A DNA stretch of 64,000 nt, from NCBI GenBank assembly GCA_963921275.4, contig OZ001293.3, positions 4,032,001-4,096,000 of the forward strand. Reading direction: 5' to 3'. Shown in pieces: positions 45,404 to 55,904 of this stretch. The position numbers were made by a program, and so were the translations under genes. Source of the stretch: an uncultured Hormoscilla sp. GTDB taxonomy: Bacteria; Cyanobacteriota; Cyanobacteriia; Cyanobacteriales; Desertifilaceae. The notes beneath the pieces are model-generated. The model saw nothing but the letters and a program-made list of their open reading frames with translations. It was not told the origin of the DNA and did no database searches. How positions within the stretch are numbered: the stretch's first letter is position 1; each line of letters begins with the position of its first letter.

Positions 45404-45703
45404 CTAATTTGTTGATAATGTTCTTATCTTAATATCCCCGGTTAAATCTAACTGGCAAGCCAGCCTTGCTTGGGTATTTCCCGCCGCCACAATCTCCAGA
45501 ATTTCTTTTTCCTCTTCCCTGGGCGGCGGGATATCCCCTTCCACTAATACCGCGCAAGTGCCGCAGATGCCCGTCCGACATCCAAACAATACTGGCGAGT
45601 TCTGCACCGTCAGATGCTCGGAAAGGTTCTGGTGCTTTTTCAGGGCGAGCCCCTCCCAATCCGTTCCCGGGAAACTGATAATACAGATTTGCTCGTTCAT
45701 CAA
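45404..45703 (-). CDS. 2Fe-2S ferredoxin
   Basis: CRTGICGTC...RLACQ. Confidence 0.92.
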   Translation of the reverse strand: MMNEQICIISFPGTDWEGLALKKHQNLSEHLTVQNSPVLFGCRTGICGTCAVLVEGDIPPPREEEKEILEIVAAGNTQARLACQLDLTGDIKIRTLSTN

Positions 45704-45739
45704 TCTGCAATACTCCAGCTTTTCATGATTTCTATTATT

Positions 45740-46788
45740 CTAACCTTTCGGGAAGGCAATTCTCGACCAAATCGACGGTTCCAGTTGATTGACATAATTC
45801 ATGTACTCTATCAAAGAGCGATCGATGCTCAGCAAGACATGGGGATGATAGCGAATATTATCGTAAATCTGTCCGTCTTCCTCCTTGAGGGTATAGTATG
45901 CTAGCCGGTCAGCAGCAGCAAAAATTTGGCAACTAACCATCCCCAAATTCCGTTTCTTTTCTCCGCTACATAAATCGGTTGGATTATAGTTTTGTCGGGA
46001 GCCACTGGCCTATAGGCATAAATCATGTGCAGCGGCGGCAGCAAGCGCACGTTTTTCATAATAGTCAGCAGTCCCATACAGCCATCTGCATACCGCATGG
46101 AGTAGGCGTAGCTGCTGCCAAGTATCCTGCGTCCAATCCGTTCTTTCCAGGTAGTGCTGGGAAACTCGCCGCTCAGGGTAAAATCGACGATATTGCCCCT
46201 TTGATTTTGCTCCAGGGATAGCTCCATGTCAACATGCACTTTGTGGACGGTTTGCAAATGCTGGGCATCGATGTTATTCATCATGCAGATATGGTGATGG
46301 CAAGAGCGATCGAAGGGCTTGTCGGTTTCTACGACTAGAGGTTTGCCTTTGAGTTCGTCAAATTCGACGACGCCCTCCGGCGCTTGGGAGTCGGGATAGA
46401 CCCAAATAAAATCGTATTTTTCGTCGGTGGCATAGGATTGCAGGCGAGCTTTCTCGGGAATATCCGATTGACAAGGGATATCCTGACAGCGGCCAGCACC
46501 GTCAAATGCCCAATGATGAAAAAAACAGCGAATCAGATTTCCATCCACTCGCCCGATCCCTAAGTCCGTTCCTAGATGGGGACAATAGGCATCAATTGCA
46601 CGAACTTTGTCATCCTCTCCTCGGAATACGGCGATTTTTTGCCCGCAGACTTCTACCGATTTGACTTGGCCTCGGGGTAGTTCTCGACTGGGACAGGCAA
46701 TGTACCAACCTTTGGCTACTATATCCCAGTTGTTGAAGATTTTCATCTTCAACAGGGGTTGAGTATTTTGATTCTGAAGAGCCTTCAT
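45740..46788 (-). pseudogene. Rieske oxygenase alpha subunit, frameshifted at ~45905
   Basis: CPHLG..CFFHHW and NNIDAQHLQTVH; C-terminal EEDGQIY segment lies in another frame (45740-45946). Confidence 0.85.
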
Positions 46789-46856
46789 TTTTGGGGGTTA
46801 GTGCGATTTGGGGTGGGCGCGCAGGTGGGACGCCCGCGCTACGGGGGGTTTCTCAA

Positions 46857-48041
46857 TTATGAATTCCAAATTCTCAATGCTTTTCGTTGGATCGCCAGAT
46901 ATTGGGGAATTGAACTTGCCGCCATTATAGACATTTCTCGGTTGCTCTGCTACGCATAGTCTATCCCTTCCAGATAGGCTTTGTATGATTCTAACGCTTC
47001 TCGGTGCGTTTGGTAGCTGCGATGTAGTCCTTCGGATTCTTGGCCGAAGCAGGCTGTTAACATTTCCTTTGCTTCCCGATCGCTCATCTCAAATACAGGC
47101 GATCGCAGCACTTCATAAACCGCTCCATACAGGGCCGGGTCGTACCAAAAAATTCCATTGATCACCGCTGAAAAGTGATAGTGGTCTCGCTGACACCCGC
47201 GCAGTCCCATATTTGCCGCCCACTTCTCGAACTCCGTCGGCGGCTTCAGACATTTCATCACGTCATGGGAAATAATCGTAGAACTATTAAAGTGAAAGCT
47301 CTCATCCATAAAATGATAAAAAGAAATCTGCGAGGGTATGGGTGCCTTCTCCCGATCGGGATGCTTCTGGTAGTAGCTGCTGAGCTTGTGCTGCACTAGC
47401 TTGCCATTTAGGGTCCGCACCCCCCGAACTGTAAAATACTGACAAGCTAGGAAGCTATTGCCCGCCGAAAGCAACCCGAACGCTTGCAGTTGCAGCTTCT
47501 TCCACCAAGTTTTAATCCCGTTGGTGTCCGCATAAATCATCGTCTGGGCAAAGGGCCCGCGCATGGCGTAGGTAAACACCCGTTTTCCAAACAATGCTGC
47601 TTCTACTTGGCTGGATATCTTCTTAAAAGCGCTAATATGCGCTCGCTCCTGGTTGGATTCCAAATCTAGCATATCGCAGACGAGGCGAAAATCCTCTTGG
47701 GCGTAAAGTCCGGCGGCGCTGGTTTGATTGAAAAAGATCGTGGCAATTTCCGCCGAAATAATCTGTGAGTAGTACGCTACCCAGTACAAGTGGTTCAAAA
47801 TCTGCCGCTGGCTCGGACTGGCTTGCTCCCACAAGGCCGTGCCATACAGCAGGGAAAACTCTTTGGGATTCCAGTATTCCTCCCGGCAGTCTTCATATCT
47901 AAAGGCCGCTGCTGCGGAGTCGATCGCCTCTGTTCGATCCTGCTGCTTATTCCGCTTATAGTTAATCTCCAGCTTCCGGTTTGTCTTCTCGCTCTCAGAG
48001 AGAGTATTGGTTTTGGGCTCTTCTAATAAAGTAACGCTCAT
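46857..48041 (-). CDS. CylC/AurF-like dimetal-carboxylate enzyme (candidate halogenase), premature TAG at 46950-46952
   Basis: YWNPKEFSLLYGT, YWVAYYSQIISAEIAT, QERAH and DESFH ExxH motifs; frame continues 30 aa past the TAG. Confidence 0.75.
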
Positions 48042-48078
48042 AATTTATAACCTTTTTCGATAGATGTTCCCGAGGGAT

Positions 48079-49110
48079 CTACGCCAAAGCCGCGCATTGG
48101 CTTGCGGGGAAAGACTGGAACGCCCCCCGCTCCTCTAATTCCCGGACAATTGTTTTGGGAACTGGCGAGACGTTAGCGCTGCCAAGCATCAGAGAGCGCA
48201 AGGTTGCCAGACGGGCGCTGCTATGAGTTTCTGTATCTAGTTCCTCAAATAGTTTGACTTTCTGGGAACGAGAGAAATGTCCTTTTACTTTCTCCATCGC
48301 AGCTACTACCCTCTGGGGCCCTGCTTGCACCATCCCCAAAAATAGGGTTAAGGTTTCTACGATCGCATCCCGACTTGTTACTGAAACATTGCTCCGGTCA
48401 AATAGGATAACCCCCGTACTGTTGTGACGGGCTTCGTCCTGGAGAAATCCTGTTAATACTTCAGCCACAGAGCGATCGCGACAGCTCCGGGAAATGCTTC
48501 TATAATGGCTCAGCCCCCATCCTTCCAGCACTACCTGAATCACAAACAGCAGCAGAGCTTTATCAGAGCTTTCTCCCAAATCGGATAAAAAGCGCAAAAA
48601 ACCATCGGACGTTGCTACCGGTTCGGAGGGCAAAAACTGCCTAACCTGGGACAGGTGGGTTGCTTCCTCGGCGCTAAATAGTCCGTAGATCATCCGCTCT
48701 TCGGTGCTTTCTGCCAGCAGCAACATTTTCGCCATATAGCCCATGCCGGATTTTTCCACAAAATAGGCTTCTTCTAATAGTCCGCGACTGCATAGATGCA
48801 ATATTTTTTGTTGCTCTTCCGGTCGAGATTCCTGGAATAGCTTGACATTTTTCAAGTCAAAGTATTCAGGATCCCAGTATGTCACACCGCCATCTTCTAC
48901 TTCGGCGTGGCTATTGCAATTCTGGATCTCTGGGGCGATCGTCTCAGAAACCCAACGGCTTTTAAGAGTCGAAGAGAGGACGCGATGTAACTTGTCATTC
49001 TCTCCCAGATTTGGCAAGTCAAATCCCGCTATTGTGTTTTTTATCATCCTCTTTTTTTTAACTATGTCTAATTTATTAGACAACTCTTTGGTTGCAGCCA
49101 ACCCACCCAA
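48079..49110 (-). CDS. Ferritin-like diiron protein
   Basis: EAYFVEK, EEATH, VLEGWG and DEARH ligand pattern. Confidence 0.82.
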   Translation of the reverse strand: MGGLAATKELSNKLDIVKKKRMIKNTIAGFDLPNLGENDKLHRVLSSTLKSRWVSETIAPEIQNCNSHAEVEDGGVTYWDPEYFDLKNVKLFQESRPEEQQKILHLCSRGLLEEAYFVEKSGMGYMAKMLLLAESTEERMIYGLFSAEEATHLSQVRQFLPSEPVATSDGFLRFLSDLGESSDKALLLFVIQVVLEGWGLSHYRSISRSCRDRSVAEVLTGFLQDEARHNSTGVILFDRSNVSVTSRDAIVETLTLFLGMVQAGPQRVVAAMEKVKGHFSRSQKVKLFEELDTETHSSARLATLRSLMLGSANVSPVPKTIVRELEERGAFQSFPASQCAALA

Positions 49111-49135
49111 GGTTGTTCGGTAGCGATATCCTCAA

Positions 49136-50218
49136 TTAAGATTGCTGAGATGCACAGAATATTTCCCGAGATTTCCCCACAACTTCTCGGGTTAATTCTG
49201 AAGCAGTCGCTGCCTCTATTTCCTCCCAGGTAGCCCACGCCAGAGGTTTTTGGCTTTCCACATGCTCTATTAATTCCACCACTGACTTATCTGGCGCGAT
49301 CGGGGTTTGAAAATCAAAATTAATGGTTTGAAATACTTTCGTATCCCCTTTAGCAAAATAGTTGCCCACCAGTTGCGTCACCAGCAGGACGATGCGATTA
49401 AAAATCCATCCCCATATTCCCGGGCGTTTTTTGGTAATTAGAATCGTTTGCCCCTCGGTTTTTCCCCCTTCTATGAGGCGCAGGGCAAACATAATATAGA
49501 AGTGGAGAAAGTCCGGGCCCAGGGTCACCGTGCCTGTGCTTCCATACCAGTAGCACATGCTGTAGGTGCCTTCGTTCCGGTAGAAGGGGCGGATCAGTTT
49601 TATCAACCAGGAGTCGTCTCCTCCCCGAGTCGTGTTGCTAAAGACGATCGCGTTTTCGTTGAGTTTTTCTTTCTTGAATACGATATCTATGGGAAAGTTG
49701 TGGACGGTATTGAAGTGCTGGGCGTCGATGGCGTTAATCATGACTGCGTTCGGGTGGCAATTTTTAACGAATCTAGACCCAAAGGCTGTATCGCATTCTG
49801 AGTTTTCCAGTTCCGGGATGAAGGGCAGGGGCTGCTTCGGACTGTCACCGGTCCATACCCAAACCATGCCGTATTTTTCCGCCGTCGGCCAGGTTTTGAT
49901 TTTCACCGCCAGGGGCTTCCCCAAGGAGGGAACATCAACGCAAGTGCCAGTTGCGTCGAACTTCCAGTTATGGAAAAAACACCGGATGCCATTGCCATCC
50001 ACGGTTCCCTCCGCTAGGTGCGCCCCCATGTGGGGACAGTAGGCGTCCACCGCCATCGCCTTGCTATCCCCTCTGCGCGCGATCGCCAGCTTCCGTCCCT
50101 GTAGAGTAACTGGCTTTATCTGGCCCATCTTCAGTTCCCGAGACGGTATCGCCCAGTACCATCCCTCAATAAATCTTTCTGGATTGTTAAATGTTGTGGC
50201 TTTACGAATCGTTTTCAT
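49136..50218 (-). CDS. Rieske oxygenase alpha subunit (first gene of the cluster)
   Basis: CPHMG..CFFHNW, NAIDAQHFNTVH, GDTKVF. Confidence 0.92.
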   Translation of the reverse strand: MKTIRKATTFNNPERFIEGWYWAIPSRELKMGQIKPVTLQGRKLAIARRGDSKAMAVDAYCPHMGAHLAEGTVDGNGIRCFFHNWKFDATGTCVDVPSLGKPLAVKIKTWPTAEKYGMVWVWTGDSPKQPLPFIPELENSECDTAFGSRFVKNCHPNAVMINAIDAQHFNTVHNFPIDIVFKKEKLNENAIVFSNTTRGGDDSWLIKLIRPFYRNEGTYSMCYWYGSTGTVTLGPDFLHFYIMFALRLIEGGKTEGQTILITKKRPGIWGWIFNRIVLLVTQLVGNYFAKGDTKVFQTINFDFQTPIAPDKSVVELIEHVESQKPLAWATWEEIEAATASELTREVVGKSREIFCASQQS

Positions 50219-50527
50219 ATAATTCCTATACGCTCAAAAGCCTTTTCTCCAAGGCTAACGCAAATCCGATCGCAGCTGGGCGGTCCCGGGCCGCTGCCCC
50301 CAAAAGCCCCTCGCTGCTCTATCGGGACCACTGCGACCGTTTTTCTGCTATTATAGCAAGCCGTGCAGTATGGCAAGACCTTGTATTTTTCCCACCTTGG
50401 AGGTACACTTTAAAGGGATGGACTTGCGCTTTAAGGCATTGTTGGTGTCCGGAGCGAGGAGGGATCTAGCAGCAGTAACGAAGGTTCGCACAACTGTCAG
50501 ACCCCCCGGCCTTCGCAGCGACGACCC

Positions 50528-50761
50528 TAAGCAATTCGCTCCCAAATCTCATTCAAAATTCACAGGGGGAAAATCTTTGAGAACAAGGATCTCCGCGGCT
50601 CAGCCTATGCAATTTAAATGCACGACAGCTTAATGAAATTTTAATGATTGATATGCGCTAAGCAATTCGCTCATTATTTCTTCAAAATTCACAGGGGTAA
50701 AACAATTGAGAACAAGGGTTTCAGCTTTTTGACCGTAGCAATGTAAATGAGCGACAGCTTA
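50528..50761. mobile_element. Two tandem ~104-bp MITE copies (TAAGC...GCTTA termini)
   Basis: Copies at 50528-50632 and 50659-50761; TIRs TAAGCAATTCGCTC / GAGCGACAGCTTA. Confidence 0.75.
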
Positions 50762-51173
50762 TATAATAACTAAAGTTGCCACCTATAAAAATTATACGTC
50801 CGAAACATTGATTTGGGGTATTGTATCCACAGAAATGCCATTAGGGGGTAATATACAAGGATATATGGGATGATATGGATTGATTGTGACCTTGATTTGC
50901 AATCTTGTTGCAACTTAGGTTATAACTGGGATCTTGCACCATTCTCGATTAGTTTCATGGCCCGCCGTGGGTTCAAACCCACGGCTAATAGCTTAAGTGG
51001 GTTAAAACCCACTGGAAGCATTGTCGCTGAAAGGATTTCCTCTCGTTCCCTGGCTCCGCCAGGGAACGAGTTCTAGAGGCAGAGCCTCTAGTTGAAAATG
51101 ATGCAAAATATGAGTTATAATAGAGAAAACAGCGAACGCTGGTGGGCACCGCCCACCCTACGGAGGAAAAGTT

Positions 51174-51947
51174 ATGGCTGATGTGATAGATTACAAAATT
51201 TACGGCGGCGACCTGCAATTAGTTGAGGTCGAACTGGACCCCAGGGAAGGGGTGCAAGCTGAAGTTGGCACGATGACCTATATGGAAGAAGGCATTGAAA
51301 TGCAAACTGGTATGGGTGGCGGCGGTCTCTTCTCTGGCTTCAAACGGATGTTGACAGGTGAGAGTTTCTTTATTACTACTTTTGTTAACGGCGGTCGCGG
51401 TAAGGCGCGGGTGGGTTTCGCTGCTACTTCCCCAGGTCAAATTATCCCTCTGGATCTGGGTGCCTTAGGCGGCGAATTTTTGTGTCAGAAGGATGCTTTT
51501 CTCTGTGCAGCTAGCGGGACTGAGATCAGTGTTGCTTTTACTAAACGCTTGGGGGCTGGCTTCTTTGGCGGTGAGGGTTTTATTCTGCAAAAGTTGCGCG
51601 GGGATGGTATGGCTTTCGTGCAAGCTGGGGGCGCTATTGTTGAGAAAGGTCTCGAACGCAGAGAAGAGTTGCGGGTGGATACTGGCTGTTTGGTGGCTTT
51701 CTCCCCCTCGGTGGACTACAGCATTGATTTTATCGGCGGGTTCAGGAATGCTTTATTTGGTGGCGAGGGTTTGTTCTTGGCCAAGCTGAAGGGGCCGGGT
51801 AAGGTGTTCGTCCAAAGTCTGCCTTTCTCGCGGCTAGCTGAACGCATTGGCGGGACTTACTTTAAACAAATAACTGGGGCGGAACAAGATGCCTCTGGTG
51901 CTGCTGGTTTGATTGGTGGACTGCTGGGAAGAGGCGAGGATGGCTGA
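51174..51947 (+). CDS. TIGR00266/AIM24-family protein
   Basis: TGESFF, CQKDAFLC, FFGGEGFILQ, VDTGCLVAF, QSLPFSRLA. Confidence 0.92.
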   Translation: MADVIDYKIYGGDLQLVEVELDPREGVQAEVGTMTYMEEGIEMQTGMGGGGLFSGFKRMLTGESFFITTFVNGGRGKARVGFAATSPGQIIPLDLGALGGEFLCQKDAFLCAASGTEISVAFTKRLGAGFFGGEGFILQKLRGDGMAFVQAGGAIVEKGLERREELRVDTGCLVAFSPSVDYSIDFIGGFRNALFGGEGLFLAKLKGPGKVFVQSLPFSRLAERIGGTYFKQITGAEQDASGAAGLIGGLLGRGEDG

Positions 51948-52471
51948 GTTGGACATGGGGCTTGGGGCTGGGAGGTCATACAATCGCTTGCATTAGTCTC
52001 GTCTATGCCAGAATAAAGCCAGTGTAAAGGATAGGTGATCGATGACTTGGATATCTGGGCAAAGTTTACAAAACGGAAAGTACGTTATTGACAGCGTTCT
52101 GGGCGAAGGTGGCTTTGCGGTTACCTATCGGGCCAAAGACGGTAAGGGACGCTACGTGGCCATCAAAACCCTGAATGACAGGGTACAGCAAGGGCCTGAT
52201 TTTGAGAAGTTGCAGCAGGATTTCCTGAACGAGGCATTGAAGATTCAGAAATGCTGGCATCCCCATATCCTGGAGGTCTACGAGGTCATCCAAGAGGGTG
52301 GCCTGTGGTGCATGGAATGCATTAACGGGGAAGATTTAGCTAGTCGGGTGAGTCGGGAGCTTTTGTCGGAAGGGGAGGCGCTGCAATATATTCAGCAAAT
52401 CGGCGAGGCCCTGATAGTGGTTCACTCTCAAGGTTTGCTGCACCGGGATGTGAAGCCCGAAAATATTATGC

Positions 52472-52584
52472 GGCGTTGCACATTTTGGGGATGATGCCCT
52501 TTTTTGCACATAACTGAAACTGGCTTGTAGTCTAGGTTTAAGACTTCTGCAACTATGCCCATCATCCCATAATTGTGCAACGCC
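52472..52584. mobile_element. 113-bp IS1595-like MITE
   Basis: TIRs GGCGTTGCACA/TGTGCAACGCC and 8-bp TSD TATTATGC. Confidence 0.92.
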
Positions 52585-52851
52585 TATTATGCTGCGTTCT
52601 GGCAAGTCGGAAGCGGTGTTGATTGATTTTGGCATTGCCCGGGAGTTTACCCATGATGTGGCCCAGACTCAAACTAGCTACCGGACTGATTATTATGCTC
52701 CTATCGAGCAGTATGAGAACCGGGCTAAGCGGGGGGCCTATACGGATATTTATGCCCTGGCGGCGACTCTGTATTTTATGTTGACGGGCCAGTTGCCAGC
52801 TTCTGCTCCCAGTAGGGCTGCGGATACGCCCTTAGTGCCTTCTCGGGCTAT

Positions 52852-53321
52852 CTCTCCCCTCGCGGCTTGCGCTTTACATCTAACTTGTCCAATCTAGACA
52901 GCACACGAGAAGTTACTTCGTTCCCTAGTATCATTTCACGATGCTTTTAGGCCCCTGCTATACCCCGGGAGTTCTTAGAGTGCGATACTGGCCAAGTGCA
53001 AGAACCAGCACAAACTACCATTTCCCTTTTGGGCCAGCGCTTTAAGCCTTATTTCGCTGGTTCTAGATAACGAGGCGTACACAGGTTCGCTTGTTCTAGC
53101 CATTAGCATCTTTCCTAGCGGCGTCACTAGCTTAGGCTGCTAGCTATCCTACATTTAAGTCCTTGCTCCGCACCACCGTGATGTGACTCAGCAGCACTAA
53201 GGACCGGTGTTACTCCCACACTTGGAGAGAGGGAATCTAACCCCCATGAATACCAGAGTTACCAGTTTGGACCTGGCCTAGCGTTCCGTAGTTGCCCACG
53301 TTAGACTAGAACGAATCGCAC
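52852..53321 (-). mobile_element. 5' fragment (domain I region) of a group II intron
   Basis: GUGCGAUUCGUU at 53321; highly similar to 30829-31314. Confidence 0.85.
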
Positions 53322-53470
53322 AACACTATTGCTAGTGGCAGTGACGATGAAAAAATTAAGCTGTGGGATGCGAGCAGTGGGGACTTGAAAAGCACTATTA
53401 ATGGTAATTCTGGGTACGTTAATTCTGCTGCTTTCCGCCCGAATAGCAAAGTGGTGGTAATTAGCAGTGC

Positions 53471-54660
53471 GGGTGCATTTCAGAAGGAAACTAAGCAGAA
53501 ATACTCAGGAGAGAGGAATTGTTGAGGTAAGCACATCTCAGATGAAGAATTCTCTGAACATTATCACGCTTCCAACGAGCACCAGAAAGTTTGACACGAG
53601 CAGCAACCTGTTTGATTTTGGACTCAACGGAACCCGAACCGATCTGGATGCCCAATTGCCGATATTGGTGATAGCAAGGAATGCGGTGGCGATGTTTAAA
53701 TAGATAATTTTGAAAATTGCGGGCGCGTTTATTCTTGAGGGTATCTTATTCAGCCATAGCCTTATCAACCCATCCATGCCAGAGAAAGTTTTCCACCCGC
53801 GCTAAACGTTGGATCGACCCGCCGACCTTGTGAAGATTTTCCATCAAATGGAACCAATCTCAAACCTCACGCTTCAGGATGGGACGTTTTCTTCCTAGAC
53901 TCTCGAATACATTCCAGACTCCTGGATGTCCGTCTCCCAAACAAGTAATAAGCCAATCGAGGGGTTGTTTTTCACTCCATTCTTCCAAAGCATCCGGGTC
54001 TTGGAAAAAAGCTTCACAGACTTTACCATGCAGGTTTACTAACTTATAATCGCGCCACTCTCCAAGTCCTGTCTCTTCCGAACGTAGACAAATCTGGCCA
54101 CCATCCACACTGACTGTCGAGGTTTTGTTAATAGCTTGGGCCGGTGGTAATTCTACTCGTTGCACTAAGCGATGCAAAGTGCTGTGTCCAACATTAATTC
54201 CCATCAAGGTTTTAAGTCTTCTTCGGCTTGCTGATCAGAACTCTTGGCACACAATCGCAAACAGCATTTTTTCAAACCGGGGCTGATGGGCGTTTTCCTC
54301 TTCAATCCTAACTTTTTACCTTGAGATGAGCTGATTTTTACCTCTCCTACACAGGTTTTCACCCTTCGTTGCTTTCCTGATGTTTTTTCTCCTCCTTCTG
54401 AAAAAAAAAATTCTCCTACTTTAGGAGCGACTTCTTCAATAACAAGCTTCCTCGCTTCCGCCTCTATGGTCTCGAAATCTTTGAGTTTTTCGGGGTCAGT
54501 ATATTTACGCAAGAGTCGAGATGCTTCCCTAATATGCTCATCCAATATTGCTTGGTCTTCTTGGGGGATGTTTAACATGGTGATTTCCTATTTTTCCCTT
54601 CCATTCTACATCCTGGAGATAGCTGAGTATTTTTACTCATTTTCCTTCTGGGATGCACCC
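53471..54660 (-). mobile_element. ISKra4-family IS with disrupted transposase
   Basis: TIR GGGTGCAT(T/C)(T/C)CAGAAGG; VSVDGG, LGDGHPGVW, DWFHLMEN and IGSGSVES motifs with stops and frameshifts. Confidence 0.85.
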
Positions 54661-55063
54661 AGCGTGAGGTTTGAGATTGGTTCCATTTGATGGAAAATCT
54701 TCACAAGGTCGGCGGGTCGATCCAACGTTTAGCGCGGGTGGAAAACTTTCTCTGGCATGGATGGGTTGATAAGGCTATGGCTGAATAAGATACCCTCAAG
54801 AATAAACGCGCCCGCAATTTTCAAAATTATCTATTTAAACATCGCCACCGCATTCCTTGCTATCACCAATATCGGCAATTGGGCATCCAGATCGGTTCGG
54901 GTTCCGTTGAGTCCAAAATCAAACAGGTTGCTGCTCGTGTCAAACTTTCTGGTGCTCGTTGGAAGCGTGATAATGTTCAGAGAATTCTTCGTCTGAGATG
55001 TGCTTACCTCAACAATTCCTCTCTCCTGAGTATTTCTGCTTAGTTTCCTTCTGGGATGCACCC
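54661..55063 (+). mobile_element. Inverted 403-bp copy of the ISKra4 3' end
   Basis: Reverse complement of 53471-53873, ending TGGGATGCACCC. Confidence 0.9.
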
Positions 55064-55286
55064 TGCTAGTGAGTCTCCATATATGATCGAATTGCTAACA
55101 GGTTATGGCGCCATATCTCGCCTGTATTGGTGGGTGGAGATATTTGGAGGGTGACGATAGTTAACGATCTGCTCTCATCGCCCCTGCATCTATTGTACAA
55201 TACCTCCCATCCTCAGAAAATAAATGGTGATCGGGAATTTGCGACAGTAATGCGACAATAAAAATATTCAGTAATTATGTGAGGTA

Positions 55287-55469
55287 GTGATGACAACAAC
55301 GAATGGAACCAAGGGAGAGTTATATCTTGTCATTGAACGAGATGAAGATGGCTATTATGTTGGAGAAGTTCCTCAACTTAAAGCCTATTATAGCCAGGGA
55401 GAAACTATTGATGAGTTGCTGCCCAATATCAAAGAAGTTATCGAACTATGTTTAGAAGCGGCTGAGTAG
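55287..55469 (+). CDS. HicB-family antitoxin (no adjacent hicA seen)
   Basis: IERDEDGYYVGEVPQL..SQGETIDE..NIKEVIEL. Confidence 0.8.
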   Translation: MMTTTNGTKGELYLVIERDEDGYYVGEVPQLKAYYSQGETIDELLPNIKEVIELCLEAAE

Positions 55470-55511
55470 GTTGGGTGGCTATAGCAATTTTATATCAAGT
55501 CGGGCAATTAC

Positions 55512-55640
55512 CAGGGAAAACGCATCTAAATTCCGGAAGCCTTTCCCAGCAAGGGTTTGATACTTTAATAAATATAAATACGCAATCTTGCTGAAACCCT
55601 TGCCCTGTAAGCATTTCAAGAAGAAGATGCGTTCGCCCTG
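55512..55640. mobile_element. 129-bp IS4-like MITE
   Basis: TIRs CAGGGAAAACGCATC / GATGCGTTCGCCCTG and 10-bp TSD GGGCAATTAC. Confidence 0.9.
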
Positions 55641-55904
55641 GGGCAATTACCCACAATTTGTGAACCTGGGACTTTCATCATCTAGAGTGGAACGCAAAAC
55701 TCAACCGGGTGTTGGGGTGTTGGGTTTCGTGCCTCAACCCAACCTACAGGTGATGCAATTTTTATTATGGGCATTTAATCTGACATGATATTATTAGTCG
55801 GTTGAAACAGACTTGAGTCGCGTTCCCTGGCTCCCGCCAGGGAACGCGGGTGTTTGAAGCCCCGGCGGTCTGACAGCGAAGTGAAGGATTTTAAACTTCC
55901 AAAA

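Larger units (their letters stand above)
52042..53470 (+). pseudogene. Ser/Thr kinase-WD40 protein disrupted by a MITE, an intron fragment and an IS
   Basis: GEGGF, HRDVKPENIM|MITE|LRSGKSEAVLIDFG; WD40 unit NTIASGSDDEKIKLWD at 53322-53470. Confidence 0.85.

Noticed and set aside
46950..46952. Pyrrolysine or programmed read-through at the TAG
   Set aside because: No pyl machinery seen or expected in cyanobacteria; neighbouring genes are also broken, so a nonsense mutation is simpler.
53538..54996. Twin 79-aa ORFs (MDGLIRLW...)
   Set aside because: Alternative-frame products of the duplicated ISKra4 3' end.
55287..55469. Complete hicAB module
   Set aside because: No hicA ORF is adjacent; downstream is repeat and MITE DNA.
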